From an uncultured delta proteobacterium (GTDB lineage Bacteria; Desulfobacterota; Binatia; Binatales; Binataceae), in NCBI GenBank assembly GCA_963711565.1, contig CAVQEQ010000004.1, forward strand, positions 576,001 through 640,000: a stretch of 64,000 bases of DNA, given 5' to 3'. The notes under the pieces are model-generated. The model did not search any database and had not been told where the DNA came from. It saw only the letters and a list, made by a program, of their open reading frames with translations. A program made the position numbers and the translations under genes. Shown here one piece after another: positions 37,460-47,318 of the stretch (position 1 is the stretch's first letter; every line of letters starts with the position of its first letter).

Positions 37460-38131
37460 CTAATGACGAAACAGGTGATGCCGTGCGCCGCGATGGAACG
37501 GCAGATTCTCGTCCTCGGCGCGCGGTTTCGATATTTGCGGACGGTATAGCCACACCGAGATCGGCCCGATCCCGAGCAGCACCGCGAACAGCGGTACCTT
37601 GAGGAAGCTGACCGCGAGGAACGTCACTGCGATGATCGCGATATCCGGAAGCTGGCGAAATTGCCGCCGCCCGATTTGCAGCGTCACCGCCGACAGCAGT
37701 CCGACCGCCGCCGCCGCGATCCCCAGCAAGAATCGCTTGACCTCGGGATTACTATGATTCGATTGATACAGGATCCCCAGCACCATCACGACGATCGATC
37801 CCGGCAGCAACATCCCGACGACCGATACCGCCGCGCCCGCGATGCCGCGCAGGTTGTCGCCCATAATGATCGCCATGTTGACGGCGTTGAGCCCCGGCAG
37901 CGTCTCGCTGATCTCCATCGCGCCGAGAAAGCCCTCGTCGTCGAGCCAGCCTTCCTCGCGCACCAGGTACTCGCGCAGATACGCCACCGCGCCGCCGCCG
38001 AAGCTCAGCCCTCCCGCCAGCAGGAAGATCCTGAACAGCGTCAGCAAGCTCGGATGAAGATCGGGCTCACTCCTGGTGTTTGAGACTGGCGTTGCCGTAT
38101 CCGTAGATGAGGGCGGTTTTGGTTGTTCCAC
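37460..38131 (-). CDS. Short-chain chromate transporter (CHR), first subunit (start uncertain, overlaps upstream gene)
   Basis: LSFGGG...WLDDEGF...SETLPGLNA...MLLPG motifs. Confidence 0.88.
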   Translation of the reverse strand: MEQPKPPSSTDTATPVSNTRSEPDLHPSLLTLFRIFLLAGGLSFGGGAVAYLREYLVREEGWLDDEGFLGAMEISETLPGLNAVNMAIIMGDNLRGIAGAAVSVVGMLLPGSIVVMVLGILYQSNHSNPEVKRFLLGIAAAAVGLLSAVTLQIGRRQFRQLPDIAIIAVTFLAVSFLKVPLFAVLLGIGPISVWLYRPQISKPRAEDENLPFHRGARHHLFRH

Positions 38132-38951
38132 GCTGCACCCAGTCTGTGGCCCGCGATTGCAGGGCCGTGTAGAAAAATTCGGATTGCTCTCGCTGCTTGC
38201 GCCGCACCGCTTCAGGACTGTCGAACTTCAACTGGTATGCGAATTCCGCGACGATCGGCACATTCGTGTCGCGCACGCGCCATACCGCCAGGTTCGCCTT
38301 CACCTCGAGCTTGTGCCCGAAGTCCAGCATCCCGAGATCGACCAGGTATTCCTGGATCGTCACGCCATTGACCACGCTCAACGGCGCCTTCGGATTCGCA
38401 TCGATGTGCTTGAGCGCGGGAAACGCTTCGGCGGTCGTCTCGAAGCGCTGCGTCAATATGATGTTCGGCGTATCGAGCTCGCAGTTGTGCGAATACACCA
38501 GCCGCATCCCGAGCGCGCCGTCCTTCGGCAGGAGGATTTCCTCCTTGAACTTCAGCGTGTACTGGCACGGCAGGAGCGGCCGCGGATCCACCGCCAGCGC
38601 CACCTTCTTTTCCGGATGCCGGAATTTGATCACCAGCTCGTGCCGCGCGTCGGGCGCGCCATGATGATAGAAGGTGCGCTTCCTCAGGATGAAGCCGTGA
38701 TTGTAGAGTTTGAAATGCGGCGTGTCGTAAAATACCACTTCGCGCAGATGCGGCTTGATCGGTTCGTCCATCTTGCCGAGCTTGATGCCCAGCGACTTCG
38801 CCGCGTGATGCGCCAGTTTCCAGAATCTGTGAAACGCCTTTTCGTCGGGGAACAGGTCCGGCTTCAGCAGCAGCTTGTACTCGCGATACTGAATCTGGTC
38901 CGACGGTACGATCGGCTCGTAAAGTTTTGAACTTTCGGCGTGCGTGCTCAT
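38067..38951 (-). CDS. Hypothetical protein, CYTH/triphosphate-tunnel-like
   Basis: N-terminal REYKL, YDTP..KLYNHGFILRKR, ELVIKFR, KFKEE and AEFAY are consistent with a CYTH-like pattern. Confidence 0.65.
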   Translation of the reverse strand: MSTHAESSKLYEPIVPSDQIQYREYKLLLKPDLFPDEKAFHRFWKLAHHAAKSLGIKLGKMDEPIKPHLREVVFYDTPHFKLYNHGFILRKRTFYHHGAPDARHELVIKFRHPEKKVALAVDPRPLLPCQYTLKFKEEILLPKDGALGMRLVYSHNCELDTPNIILTQRFETTAEAFPALKHIDANPKAPLSVVNGVTIQEYLVDLGMLDFGHKLEVKANLAVWRVRDTNVPIVAEFAYQLKFDSPEAVRRKQREQSEFFYTALQSRATDWVQRGTTKTALIYGYGNASLKHQE

Positions 38952-39086
38952 CCGCGATTCTTCATCCGTCCGTTGGGGTCAAATATTACTGATTTGCTGG
39001 CGAGTCCGAAACTGTTACTCAGTCATTCTGGAGAGGAAGCCCGGCGTAGCGAAACAGCCGCGGGGCCTGCCTGTCGGGAGTCAAAC

Positions 39087-40364
39087 ATGAGCATCGCAAC
39101 ACCGCTAGCCGAGCGCATCGCCGCCGCAATTCCGCGCGGCGTCAGCGTACCGATTCCAATCCTCGCCCATCACGCCTCGGGCGCGGAAATCTGGGACGCC
39201 GACGGTCGCCGTTACATCGACTTCGGCGGCGGCATCGCCGTACTCAACGTCGGCCATCGCCATCCGCACGTCATCGCCGCCGTGCAGGCCCAGCTCGAGG
39301 CCTTCACTCACACGTGCTTCGGCGTGACTCCTTACGAGCCCTACATCAAGCTCGCCGAGCGGATGAATCAGCTCGCGCCGATCTCCGCTCCGAAAAAATC
39401 CATCTTTCTAACCACCGGCGCCGAGGCGGTCGAGAACGCAGTCAAGATTGCGCGTCACGCGACTGGACGCTCCGCGATCATTTCGTTCACCGGCGGATTT
39501 CACGGACGCACGCTGATGGCGCTGGCACTCACTGGCAAAATAAATCCTTACAAAGCCGGCTTCGGGCCGTTTCCCGCCGACACGTTTCACGCGCCGTTCC
39601 CCGACGCATACCGCGGCGGCAGCACCGCGAAGAGCCTCGCCGCGATCGAGTCGCTCTTCAAGTCGTCAGTCGAACCGTCGCGCGTCGCCGCGATCATCAT
39701 CGAGCCCGTGCAAGGGGAGGGTGGCTTCAGCGTCGCGCCGTTCGACTTTCTCTGCGAACTCCGCGCGCTCTGCGATCGCCACGGCATCGTCTTCATCGCT
39801 GATGAGATTCAGACCGGCTTCGGCCGCACCGGCAGGATGTTCGCCGTCGAGCACGCTGGCGTCGAGCCCGATCTCATCACAATCGCCAAGAGCCTCGGCG
39901 GTGGATTCCCTCTGTCCGGTGTGATCGGCCGCGCCGCAATCATGGATAGCGTTGCACCCGGCGGTCTGGGCGGCACCTTCGCCGGCAGTCCCGTATCATG
40001 CGCCGCCGCGCTCGCCGTGCTCGACGTGTTCCGCGACGAGCACGTGCTCGCGCGCGCCGAAAAGCAGGGCGTGCTCGTGCGCGCGCGCCTCGAGGTGATG
40101 CGCGAGCGCTTCCCCCTCATCGGCGACGTTCGCGGCCTCGGTGCGATGCTCGCGATCGAGCTGGTCCGCGACCGCGCAACCAAAGAACCCGCGCCCGAAC
40201 CCGCCTCTCGACTGGCGAAGATCGCATCGGAGCGAGGACTGATCCTGCTGACCGCCGGAATTTACGGCAACGTCATCCGCATCCTTGCCCCTCTGACCGC
40301 GTCCCCCGAGCTGATGGACGAAGGCATGACAATTCTGGAGCAGTCCATCGCCGACCTGCCCTGA
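39087..40364 (+). CDS. gabT: 4-aminobutyrate--2-oxoglutarate transaminase (class III aminotransferase)
   Basis: IDFGGGIAVLNVGH, TTGAEAVENAVKIAR, FHGRT, EPVQGEGG, DEIQTGFGRTG, AKSLGGG, GGTFAG. Confidence 0.93.
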   Translation: MSIATPLAERIAAAIPRGVSVPIPILAHHASGAEIWDADGRRYIDFGGGIAVLNVGHRHPHVIAAVQAQLEAFTHTCFGVTPYEPYIKLAERMNQLAPISAPKKSIFLTTGAEAVENAVKIARHATGRSAIISFTGGFHGRTLMALALTGKINPYKAGFGPFPADTFHAPFPDAYRGGSTAKSLAAIESLFKSSVEPSRVAAIIIEPVQGEGGFSVAPFDFLCELRALCDRHGIVFIADEIQTGFGRTGRMFAVEHAGVEPDLITIAKSLGGGFPLSGVIGRAAIMDSVAPGGLGGTFAGSPVSCAAALAVLDVFRDEHVLARAEKQGVLVRARLEVMRERFPLIGDVRGLGAMLAIELVRDRATKEPAPEPASRLAKIASERGLILLTAGIYGNVIRILAPLTASPELMDEGMTILEQSIADLP

Positions 40365-40934
40365 CTAGACGAACTGCTCGATCGCGAACAGAGCGGCCAA
40401 CACTATCAGCATCGCACCGGCGGCGCGCTCTGCCCCGTGCTCGTAGCGTTCGCCAAGCCGCGCCCCGAATTCCAATCCAATGAAAGTGAAGATGCTGGTA
40501 GTGATCGACACGGTAATCAGCATTGGGATAAGTGGAATCCCGACTGCCGGTAGCGCGATCCCCACGCCGAGCGAATCGAGGCTGATCGATAGCGAAGTGA
40601 TCAACAAGCCGGCGCCGCGCGTGACGTCGAGTTCTGATTTGGCTTCGTGCCGGAACGAACTTCGAATCATCAGGCAGCCAATCGTTGCAAGCAATGCCAG
40701 TCCGATGTAAGTGGCGACCTCGCCCAACAGCCTTCCCGCGCCTGCGCCGAGTTCGTAGCCGACGACTTGCATCGCGATTTCCGCACCGGCGAAGGCGAAC
40801 CCCAGCCTGAGCCTCGCATCGAGCGCGAGCTGCATGACGCCGACTCCAACCGAGATCGCCAGCACGTCCAGCCCAACGGCGACGGCTACGCCGAGAATCT
40901 TGGACGTCAGAATAATGTCATGGGGAACCGACAA
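40365..40934 (-). CDS. mntP: MntP-family manganese efflux pump
   Basis: AVAVGLDVLAISVG and SISLDSLGVG repeats; AGGAGG before the TTG; Mn riboswitch upstream. Confidence 0.88.
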   Translation of the reverse strand: MSVPHDIILTSKILGVAVAVGLDVLAISVGVGVMQLALDARLRLGFAFAGAEIAMQVVGYELGAGAGRLLGEVATYIGLALLATIGCLMIRSSFRHEAKSELDVTRGAGLLITSLSISLDSLGVGIALPAVGIPLIPMLITVSITTSIFTFIGLEFGARLGERYEHGAERAAGAMLIVLAALFAIEQFV

Positions 40935-41110
40935 GCGAACCTCCTGCTTCTCCGGCCGACCGGAAGGTGCAACGGATGCCGAAGAAGCGATCCGGAAAAC
41001 AAAAGACAGCGATTACGCAACGACGGATTGTGGCGACTGGAGCTTGTGACATTCCCGGCCTCTTGCTGGCCGGGGGTCGGATTAACGAGCCTCGGCCAGG
41101 ATTAACTGGT

Positions 41111-41220
41111 CCGAAGGTCTCGTTCGCCTCTACTTTGAGGTGGGGGACCGAGCCCGAAGGCTGGGATTGTCGATCTTCCCTACGCCGTTTTTGTGGTCGG
41201 CGTGAACTACTCCCCTTTGG
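41111..41220 (-). ncRNA. yybP-ykoY (Mn2+) riboswitch
   Basis: Minus strand reads AAAGGGGAGTAG...ATCGACAAT...GAACGAGACCTT, the conserved ends of the motif, upstream of mntP. Confidence 0.8.
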
Positions 41221-41471
41221 AGTGCTTCCACTAAAGCGTGTCTAGAGAGTTTCTGTCAATCGTGCCGAACAAAACTGGTACCGTCTTGATTCGGGGCTGA
41301 GCGCCTGAATGGGAGGTCGAGATTGTCTTCATTTAGGTGATTAAATTAACTCAGCTATTTGGCTAAACGGATCGTTATTCGTAATACATCGGCACCAGCC
41401 AAATTAAACAGCCAGCCGCAGTGGGAATTACCCACATTGACACAGCTCCCCCGTGGGAAGATTATTTATCT

Positions 41472-41804
41472 GTGAAAACAGCGTCCAAGTTGAAAGAAAA
41501 CTTCAAGCGCGTAGGCGAAGCTACGCTGGACGAACGCAAGCGAATTTCCTTGACGAAGGCGATCGACTCTTTGCGGAGCATCCTGGGCGACCAAATCGAT
41601 CCTGACGTGCGGTTCGGAATCTACGTAAATGACGTCGGACAGGTGTTGCTATCGCCAGAGGTCTCCGTGCCGATGCACGAGCTGTGGCTCTACCGAAACA
41701 CCAAAGCTCTAAAGTCTGTTCTTAGGGGTTTGCAAGAGTCTCGCGAAGGCAAGCTGGTCGATTTGGGATCGTTCGAGAAGTACGCGAACGAGGAAATCGA
41801 GTAA
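41472..41804 (+). CDS. Putative antitoxin (AbrB/MazE-like N-terminus); start may be 41421
   Basis: ATLDERKRISL...YVNDVGQVLLSP...ELWLYRN...SVLRGLQESREGKLVDLGSF; immediately upstream of a RelE-like gene; TTGACA at 41437 next to palindrome GTGGGAATTACCCAC. Confidence 0.7.
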   Translation: MKTASKLKENFKRVGEATLDERKRISLTKAIDSLRSILGDQIDPDVRFGIYVNDVGQVLLSPEVSVPMHELWLYRNTKALKSVLRGLQESREGKLVDLGSFEKYANEEIE

Positions 41805-41816
41805 GGCTACAGTCCG

Positions 41817-42116
41817 TTGCCGAAATTCAAGCTGCTTTTCACCAGGGAAGCACAAGCGGCACTCTCGAGTCTGATCAAAGATCAAAGCGCAGCAAAACGG
41901 CTTCGTGCTGTTCGGAAGACGCTATTCCTCCTGGAGACCAATCCTTGTCATCCGAGTTTGCACACGCACGAGTATTCGAAACTGATTGGCCCGCAGGGCC
42001 AGAAAGTCTTTGAGGCGTACGCTGAAAACAAGACGCCCGCGGCGTTTCGCATCTTCTGGCATTACGGTCCGGGCAGCCGGCAAATGACGATAGTGGCAAT
42101 CACGGCACATCCCTGA
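41817..42116 (+). CDS. RelE/ParE-superfamily toxin
   Basis: FKLLFTREAQ...LETNPCHPSLHTH...FEAYAENKTPAAFRIFWHYGP...IVAITAHP. Confidence 0.78.
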   Translation: MPKFKLLFTREAQAALSSLIKDQSAAKRLRAVRKTLFLLETNPCHPSLHTHEYSKLIGPQGQKVFEAYAENKTPAAFRIFWHYGPGSRQMTIVAITAHP

Positions 42117-42159
42117 CCTCCGCTAGCACTGCACGCCTGATTCGTATGAAATACGAGCG

Positions 42160-43038
42160 ATGAGGCTCCCCAACGTCATCGGAGTCGGCCCCCCGCGCAC
42201 CGGTTCGACCTGGCTCTACAACGCGCTGCGCGACGCCGTCGACATGCCCGACGGCGTCAAGGAGCCGCAGTTTTTCAGCAGGTTCTACGACAAGGGCATC
42301 GATTGGTATGCGCATCATTTTCGCTACGTGACCGGGCGCCGCCCGATAGCCGAAATTTCTCCGCCGTATTTTTTCCATGCAGATACCCCCGAGCGCATCA
42401 AGACTCACATTCCGAACTGCAAAATCGTCGCGACGATGCGCAATCCCGTTGATCGCATCTATTCCGTGTACAAACTCATGCGCCACTACGGATGGGTCCG
42501 GCGCGGGACGCTCGACGAGGTCCTGCAAGTCAATCCCAATCTCGGCGGGGGCAACCGTTACGCGGCGCATCTCCAGGCCTGGTTCGACACGCTCGGGCGC
42601 GAGAACGTGCTCGTCACGATGTACGATGAATTGCGCGACGACCCGCAGGCATATTTGAATCGCGTCTGCGACTTCATCAGCATCCCGCGCATCGCGCTCG
42701 CGCCGCGCCCCGATCTCAGCGGCGACGTGAACTCATTCGCTCGTGCACCCAAAAATCGCCGCCTCGCAGTCAACGCGTCCAAACTGATGTACTGGCTCAA
42801 GGGCCATCAGGCATACGGCCTCATCAACGCACTCGAACATTACGGCGTCTGGGAGTTCTGCGGCGGACGCGGCGATCCGTATCCGCACCTCACCATCGAA
42901 CAGGAGGAGCGCCTGCGCGAGCGCTACCTGCCCGAAGTCGAGGCGCTCGAAAAATTGATCGGCGTCGATCTCGCCGCGTGGAAGAAGCCGCGCGCCGCAA
43001 AGACCGACCGCCGAACTCCGCGGCTGGCCGTCGGATGA
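42160..43038 (+). CDS. PAPS-dependent sulfotransferase 1
   Basis: 5'-PSB GPPRTGSTWL, KEPQFF, 3'-PB MRNPVDRIYS. Confidence 0.92.
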   Translation: MRLPNVIGVGPPRTGSTWLYNALRDAVDMPDGVKEPQFFSRFYDKGIDWYAHHFRYVTGRRPIAEISPPYFFHADTPERIKTHIPNCKIVATMRNPVDRIYSVYKLMRHYGWVRRGTLDEVLQVNPNLGGGNRYAAHLQAWFDTLGRENVLVTMYDELRDDPQAYLNRVCDFISIPRIALAPRPDLSGDVNSFARAPKNRRLAVNASKLMYWLKGHQAYGLINALEHYGVWEFCGGRGDPYPHLTIEQEERLRERYLPEVEALEKLIGVDLAAWKKPRAAKTDRRTPRLAVG

Positions 43039-43892
43039 CTCGTCGCATCCCGGAAATTATCGGCGCCGGTCCCGGCCGCACCGGCACCACCTGGCTGCAT
43101 CGCGTGCTCGAAGGCCATGTCGATTTGCCGTATGGCGTCAAGGAGACGCAGTTCTTCAATACGTTCTACGACAAGGGTATCGATTGGTACGCGCATCATT
43201 TTCGCTATGCGACCGGCGCCCGCAAAATCGTCGAAATCTGCCCGTACTTTTTCCATCCGCTCGCGCCCGATCGCATCAAGACTCACATTCCGGATTGCCG
43301 CGTCATCACCACGCTGCGCGATCCCGTCGAGCACGCTTTCTCCGCGTACAAGCTCGTCGTCCACTTCGCCTGGGCGCACGGCACGTTCGACGAGGTTCTG
43401 AAGTCGCGCCCCAATCTCGGCAGCGGCAATCGCTACGCATCGCATTTGCAGACGTGGTTCGATCTGTTCGGCCGCGAGAACGTGCTGGTCACGATGTATG
43501 ACGAACTGCGCGCGAATCCGCAGTCCTATCTGGATCGCGTGACCGATTTCATGGGAGTCGATCGCATCGCACTTTCCGCGCGCCCCGAAATCGGTGATGA
43601 TGTTCACTCGTTTGCGCGCGCGCCGCGCAACCTCAAGCTCGCCCGCAACGCGCGCAAGATGATGTACTGGATGCAGAGTCATCAGGCATACGGCGCGATC
43701 AACCTGCTCGAGCGCGCGGGCGTGTGGAGTTTCTGCTACGGCCGCGGCGAGCCCTTCGGCAGCCTGACGCCCGAGCAGGAGCGGCAGTTGCGCGAGCGCT
43801 ACCTGCCCGAAGTCGAGGCGCTCGAAGAATTGCTCCGCATCGATCTCTCCGCATGGAAGAAACCGCAGGTCCGCCGCGCGACGGTCGCATAG
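43035..43892 (+). CDS. PAPS-dependent sulfotransferase 2
   Basis: GPGRTGTTWL, KETQFF, LRDPVEHAFS; ATGA overlap with the upstream gene. Confidence 0.92.
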   Translation: MTRRIPEIIGAGPGRTGTTWLHRVLEGHVDLPYGVKETQFFNTFYDKGIDWYAHHFRYATGARKIVEICPYFFHPLAPDRIKTHIPDCRVITTLRDPVEHAFSAYKLVVHFAWAHGTFDEVLKSRPNLGSGNRYASHLQTWFDLFGRENVLVTMYDELRANPQSYLDRVTDFMGVDRIALSARPEIGDDVHSFARAPRNLKLARNARKMMYWMQSHQAYGAINLLERAGVWSFCYGRGEPFGSLTPEQERQLRERYLPEVEALEELLRIDLSAWKKPQVRRATVA

Positions 43893-43896
43893 TTCG

Positions 43897-44805
43897 ATGA
43901 CGCAATCTTCCAACACCGCGCGCGAGCTGCGACTGCCTGACTTTGTCGGCGTCGGCCCCGGCCGCACCGGCACGACGTGGCTGCACGAGGTCCTCAAGGG
44001 CCACGTCAATCTGCCGGCCGGAATCAAGGAGACCGATTTCTTCACCACCAACTACAACAAAGGCATCGAGTGGTACGCGGATCACTTCCGCGACGCCGAC
44101 CGCATCCGCCCGACAGGCGAGATCAATCCATACTTCGGCTTCCCCGAGGCCGCCGAACGCATCGCGATCCACATCCCGCGATGCAAAATCATCTGCACGT
44201 TCCGCAATCCCGTCGAGCGCATCTACTCCGCCTACAAGCTGTGGCGTCACTATACGCTGACCAACGATCCCCTCGACGTGTTCCTCGTGAAGGTCCCGCA
44301 GATAATCGAGGTGACGCGCTATGCGACGCATCTGCCCGACTACCGCGCGCGCTTCGGCAATGACCGCGTGCTGGTCCTGCTCAACGACGACCTGCGCGCC
44401 GACCCGCAGGCCTACCTCGATCGCGTGTGCGATTTCATCGGCATCGAGCGCTACCCGGTGCCTGCGTCGGCCGCCGCGGGCGAGCCGATCAACTCGATTA
44501 ACGATCTGCCGCGGTTCCCGCGCGCCGCCCGCAGAGCGCGCAAGTTCATGCACTGGCTCGAGGACAAGCAAGCCTACGCGACGACCAACTTCCTGGAGCA
44601 GGCGGGCGCGTGGAAGCTGGCTTTCGGCGGCGGCCCCAAGTTTCCTCCGCTCGATCCGGCGATCGAGGCGCGCCTGCACGAACTGATGCGCCCCGAAATC
44701 GACGCGCTCGAACAAATGATCGGACGCGACCTCTCGGCGTGGAAGAGTCCTCGCGCCAAAAGCAGTCGCGCCCCCGCCGGCGCGTCGGCCGCGCAGGGAA
44801 AGTAA
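43897..44805 (+). CDS. PAPS-dependent sulfotransferase 3
   Basis: GPGRTGTTWL, KETDFF, FRNPVERIYS. Confidence 0.92.
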   Translation: MTQSSNTARELRLPDFVGVGPGRTGTTWLHEVLKGHVNLPAGIKETDFFTTNYNKGIEWYADHFRDADRIRPTGEINPYFGFPEAAERIAIHIPRCKIICTFRNPVERIYSAYKLWRHYTLTNDPLDVFLVKVPQIIEVTRYATHLPDYRARFGNDRVLVLLNDDLRADPQAYLDRVCDFIGIERYPVPASAAAGEPINSINDLPRFPRAARRARKFMHWLEDKQAYATTNFLEQAGAWKLAFGGGPKFPPLDPAIEARLHELMRPEIDALEQMIGRDLSAWKSPRAKSSRAPAGASAAQGK

Positions 44806-44811
44806 TCCGCG

Positions 44812-45720
44812 ATGCCGAAAGTCTCGACGATCGTTGCTGTGTACAACGGCGCAGCAACCGTTAACCGCGCGCTTCGCAGCATCTTCGCCCAGACTTTCAC
44901 CGACAACGAAGTAGTCGTCGTCAACGACGGCTCGACCGACGACACCGCGTCGGTGCTGTCGCGCTACGGCGATCGAATCCGCGTCATCACGCAGCGGAAT
45001 CGTGGGCTGTCTGCCGCTCGCAACGCCGGTGTGCGCGCCTCGAGCGGCGAGTATGTCGCGTTCCTCGACGATGACGACGAGTGGATGCCCGAAAAACTTG
45101 TGCGATCCGTCCCCGTTCTCGACGCGGATCCTGGCTGCGCGCTCGTATACACTTTCGCCGTTAAAATCGACCCTCAGGGAGAGCTCATTGGCTCCCAGAG
45201 CTTGACAGACGGGCGACCAGACGGCATCGAGTCGCCAACAATGCAAGAGATGCTAACGCGGCCGTGGAACGTCGTGCCCAGCCAGTTCGTGGTGCGGCGC
45301 GATGTCTTCGAGCGATGCGGCGGATTCCACGAACGATTCATCACGTCGTGCGAGGACCTCTACTTCCTGCTGAACGCGCGCGAGTACGGCGCCTTCCGAT
45401 GCGTCCCCGAGCAGCTCGTGCGCAAGGAGACGCGCCCGCTGTATCCCAAGGCGCTTGAACGCGAGCCCGAGTGCGATCTCTTCGTCGAACTTGTCAGCGA
45501 GCGCTACGGCGCGTCCGCCGCCGGCTTCGTCCGGGAATTCCGGCGCGAGCGAGTCAAGGTCATGCGACATATGGCTCGCACTCTGATCGAGGAAGGCCGC
45601 CCGCGAGACGCGCGCAAATGCCTCGCTCGCGTGATGCATTACGAACCGCTGTCACCGAAGGCATACCGGCGATATTTGAAAACTTTTTTTTCCTCTCGCG
45701 CAAATGAAGTGGGTCCCTGA
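44812..45720 (+). CDS. Glycosyltransferase family 2
   Basis: VSTIVAVYN, NDGSTD, ARNAG, AFLDDDD. Confidence 0.92.
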   Translation: MPKVSTIVAVYNGAATVNRALRSIFAQTFTDNEVVVVNDGSTDDTASVLSRYGDRIRVITQRNRGLSAARNAGVRASSGEYVAFLDDDDEWMPEKLVRSVPVLDADPGCALVYTFAVKIDPQGELIGSQSLTDGRPDGIESPTMQEMLTRPWNVVPSQFVVRRDVFERCGGFHERFITSCEDLYFLLNAREYGAFRCVPEQLVRKETRPLYPKALEREPECDLFVELVSERYGASAAGFVREFRRERVKVMRHMARTLIEEGRPRDARKCLARVMHYEPLSPKAYRRYLKTFFSSRANEVGP

Positions 45721-45775
45721 CTTGTGCCGGGGACCCATACCAGACTGCCTGGTTACGTTGGAGAAGAAGTACTGT

Positions 45776-46282
45776 TCAATCGCTGGGCAGGAATAGGGTA
45801 CGGAAATAGTTCTGGGCGCCAGTCACTCCGCCAGTGGTATCAGCTGTCCAGCCAGTAATTTTCGCCTGGATCTCGAGTGTGAATGTGACATTTGCGCTAT
45901 TCGCATACGTTACATCCGAAATACCTGACCGACTAACACTCGTTTGGCTGTTCACCGGTGTAGTAGTCAGATCCCGCGCGAACTCATTGGTTCCATCGCT
46001 GACCCAAATCTCAATACCTTTCCCACCCGATAATGAAGACGGGGAAGTGATCGGGACAAAGTAGTCCACGTATACACGGCAAGGGCATCCGGTACTTGGC
46101 GCGGTCTCCATGATCGAATCGAGCGGTGTAGCCGTTGTGCCCACGCTGATGTCGCTCAGATAGTCGGAGCCCTGGTAGTTGCCGTCCCACAATTGTGCTC
46201 TGGCCAAAGCGGACAAAGACAGGACGGCGACCAACACCACTAGAAAAGACACTGTCTTGACGAAGAATCGCGCGATACGCAT
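45776..46282 (-). CDS. Exported beta-rich hypothetical protein (lower GC)
   Basis: Signal peptide ending ALARA; AGGAGG RBS; Ser/Thr-rich. Confidence 0.7.
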   Translation of the reverse strand: MRIARFFVKTVSFLVVLVAVLSLSALARAQLWDGNYQGSDYLSDISVGTTATPLDSIMETAPSTGCPCRVYVDYFVPITSPSSLSGGKGIEIWVSDGTNEFARDLTTTPVNSQTSVSRSGISDVTYANSANVTFTLEIQAKITGWTADTTGGVTGAQNYFRTLFLPSD

Positions 46283-46434
46283 GTCGAATCCTCCTAAGGT
46301 CTGTTAGTGGAAATTGACTTTGAGGAGTCACAAATAACAAAATGTGGGCGCACTGTCTAGTGACAATAAGTCAGCTTCTTACAACTGGGAGAGGTTCGTC
46401 CGCGTGCTTAAGAAAGTATTCGTCGCGATTTGCG

Positions 46435-47112
46435 CTATTCCGCGACGTACTCGACCATCGCCTGACGCCGCGGATGGCCCCAATCGCCGATGTATCTTGG
46501 ATTCCAGCCGCTTTTAACGCCGAAGTCTTCAACCGTAGCGCGCGGAAAGCGGAAGCTCCGGTGCGAATGCGATCGCGGTGACTGGTTCACGTGAGATTCG
46601 TCGATGAAGAAGGTCGCGTAGAAGCGTCCGCCGGGATTCATGAATCGCCGCAATTTTTCCAGACACAGCAGGATGTCGGACTCGGCGAGGTGGGTGAAGA
46701 GCGACTGCGCGATCGCGAAGTCCGGCCGCCTGGAGAATTTATCGAATTCGAAACGGTCGGAAATTACAAACTGCGGCGACTTGCGCCGCATCCGCTCCCG
46801 CCCCAGCTCCTGCTTGATTCCAACTTTGAGGAGCTGCTTTTCACGCTCGAGCCCCAGGTAATTCCCCTCGTCCAGATAGTCGATAAACTTCACTCCACCC
46901 CTCAAGGCACCGCATCCGATGTCGAGCAGAACATGCCCCGGCTTCAGTCCCATCTTGAGCATGAACTCGAACTGCAAGTCGCCAAGCGCGCCCCAATCGC
47001 CGCCGACGTATTGCCGATGCCCCAAAAGCCAGATGCCGAGCCGGCCGTCAGGCTTTCCAAGCGCTACAAAAGCTCTCGCCTTTAACTTCTCAATCATCGC
47101 GAGGCGGCGCAT
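46435..47112 (-). CDS. Class I SAM-dependent methyltransferase
   Basis: LLDIGCGALRGG, YLGLE, AQSLFTHL, PGGRFYATF. Confidence 0.9.
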   Translation of the reverse strand: MRRLAMIEKLKARAFVALGKPDGRLGIWLLGHRQYVGGDWGALGDLQFEFMLKMGLKPGHVLLDIGCGALRGGVKFIDYLDEGNYLGLEREKQLLKVGIKQELGRERMRRKSPQFVISDRFEFDKFSRRPDFAIAQSLFTHLAESDILLCLEKLRRFMNPGGRFYATFFIDESHVNQSPRSHSHRSFRFPRATVEDFGVKSGWNPRYIGDWGHPRRQAMVEYVAE

Positions 47113-47180
47113 CTCAACTACTCGATGATGCGCGACCGCCTCCTTTCTGCGTCGCCGACTCGGTCAGGCGCCCGGGCTGA

Positions 47181-47318
47181 CTATCGCGCGCCGGATGCGT
47201 GTGTCTCGGGCGTGATTTCAGCACCCGCCGGCTCCGGCGCTGACGACATCGAGCCATAGCCGGCTGCGTTGTTGTTGCGCCTGTTCACCAGCGCTTCGAT
47301 GCGGTCTTTTCCTTTCGC
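47181..47318 (-). pseudogene. 3'-end relic of a second UDP-sulfoquinovose synthase gene
   Basis: Translates [29 protein letters not shown]...GAR*, versus the intact gene's C-terminus [29 protein letters not shown]...RAR*; no start codon or upstream homology. Confidence 0.8.

Noticed and set aside
43699-45246. 515-aa minus-strand ORF (and similar ones at 32400-33620, 34348-35400, 48759-49847)
   Set aside because: Shadow ORFs produced by high-GC codon bias over well-supported genes.
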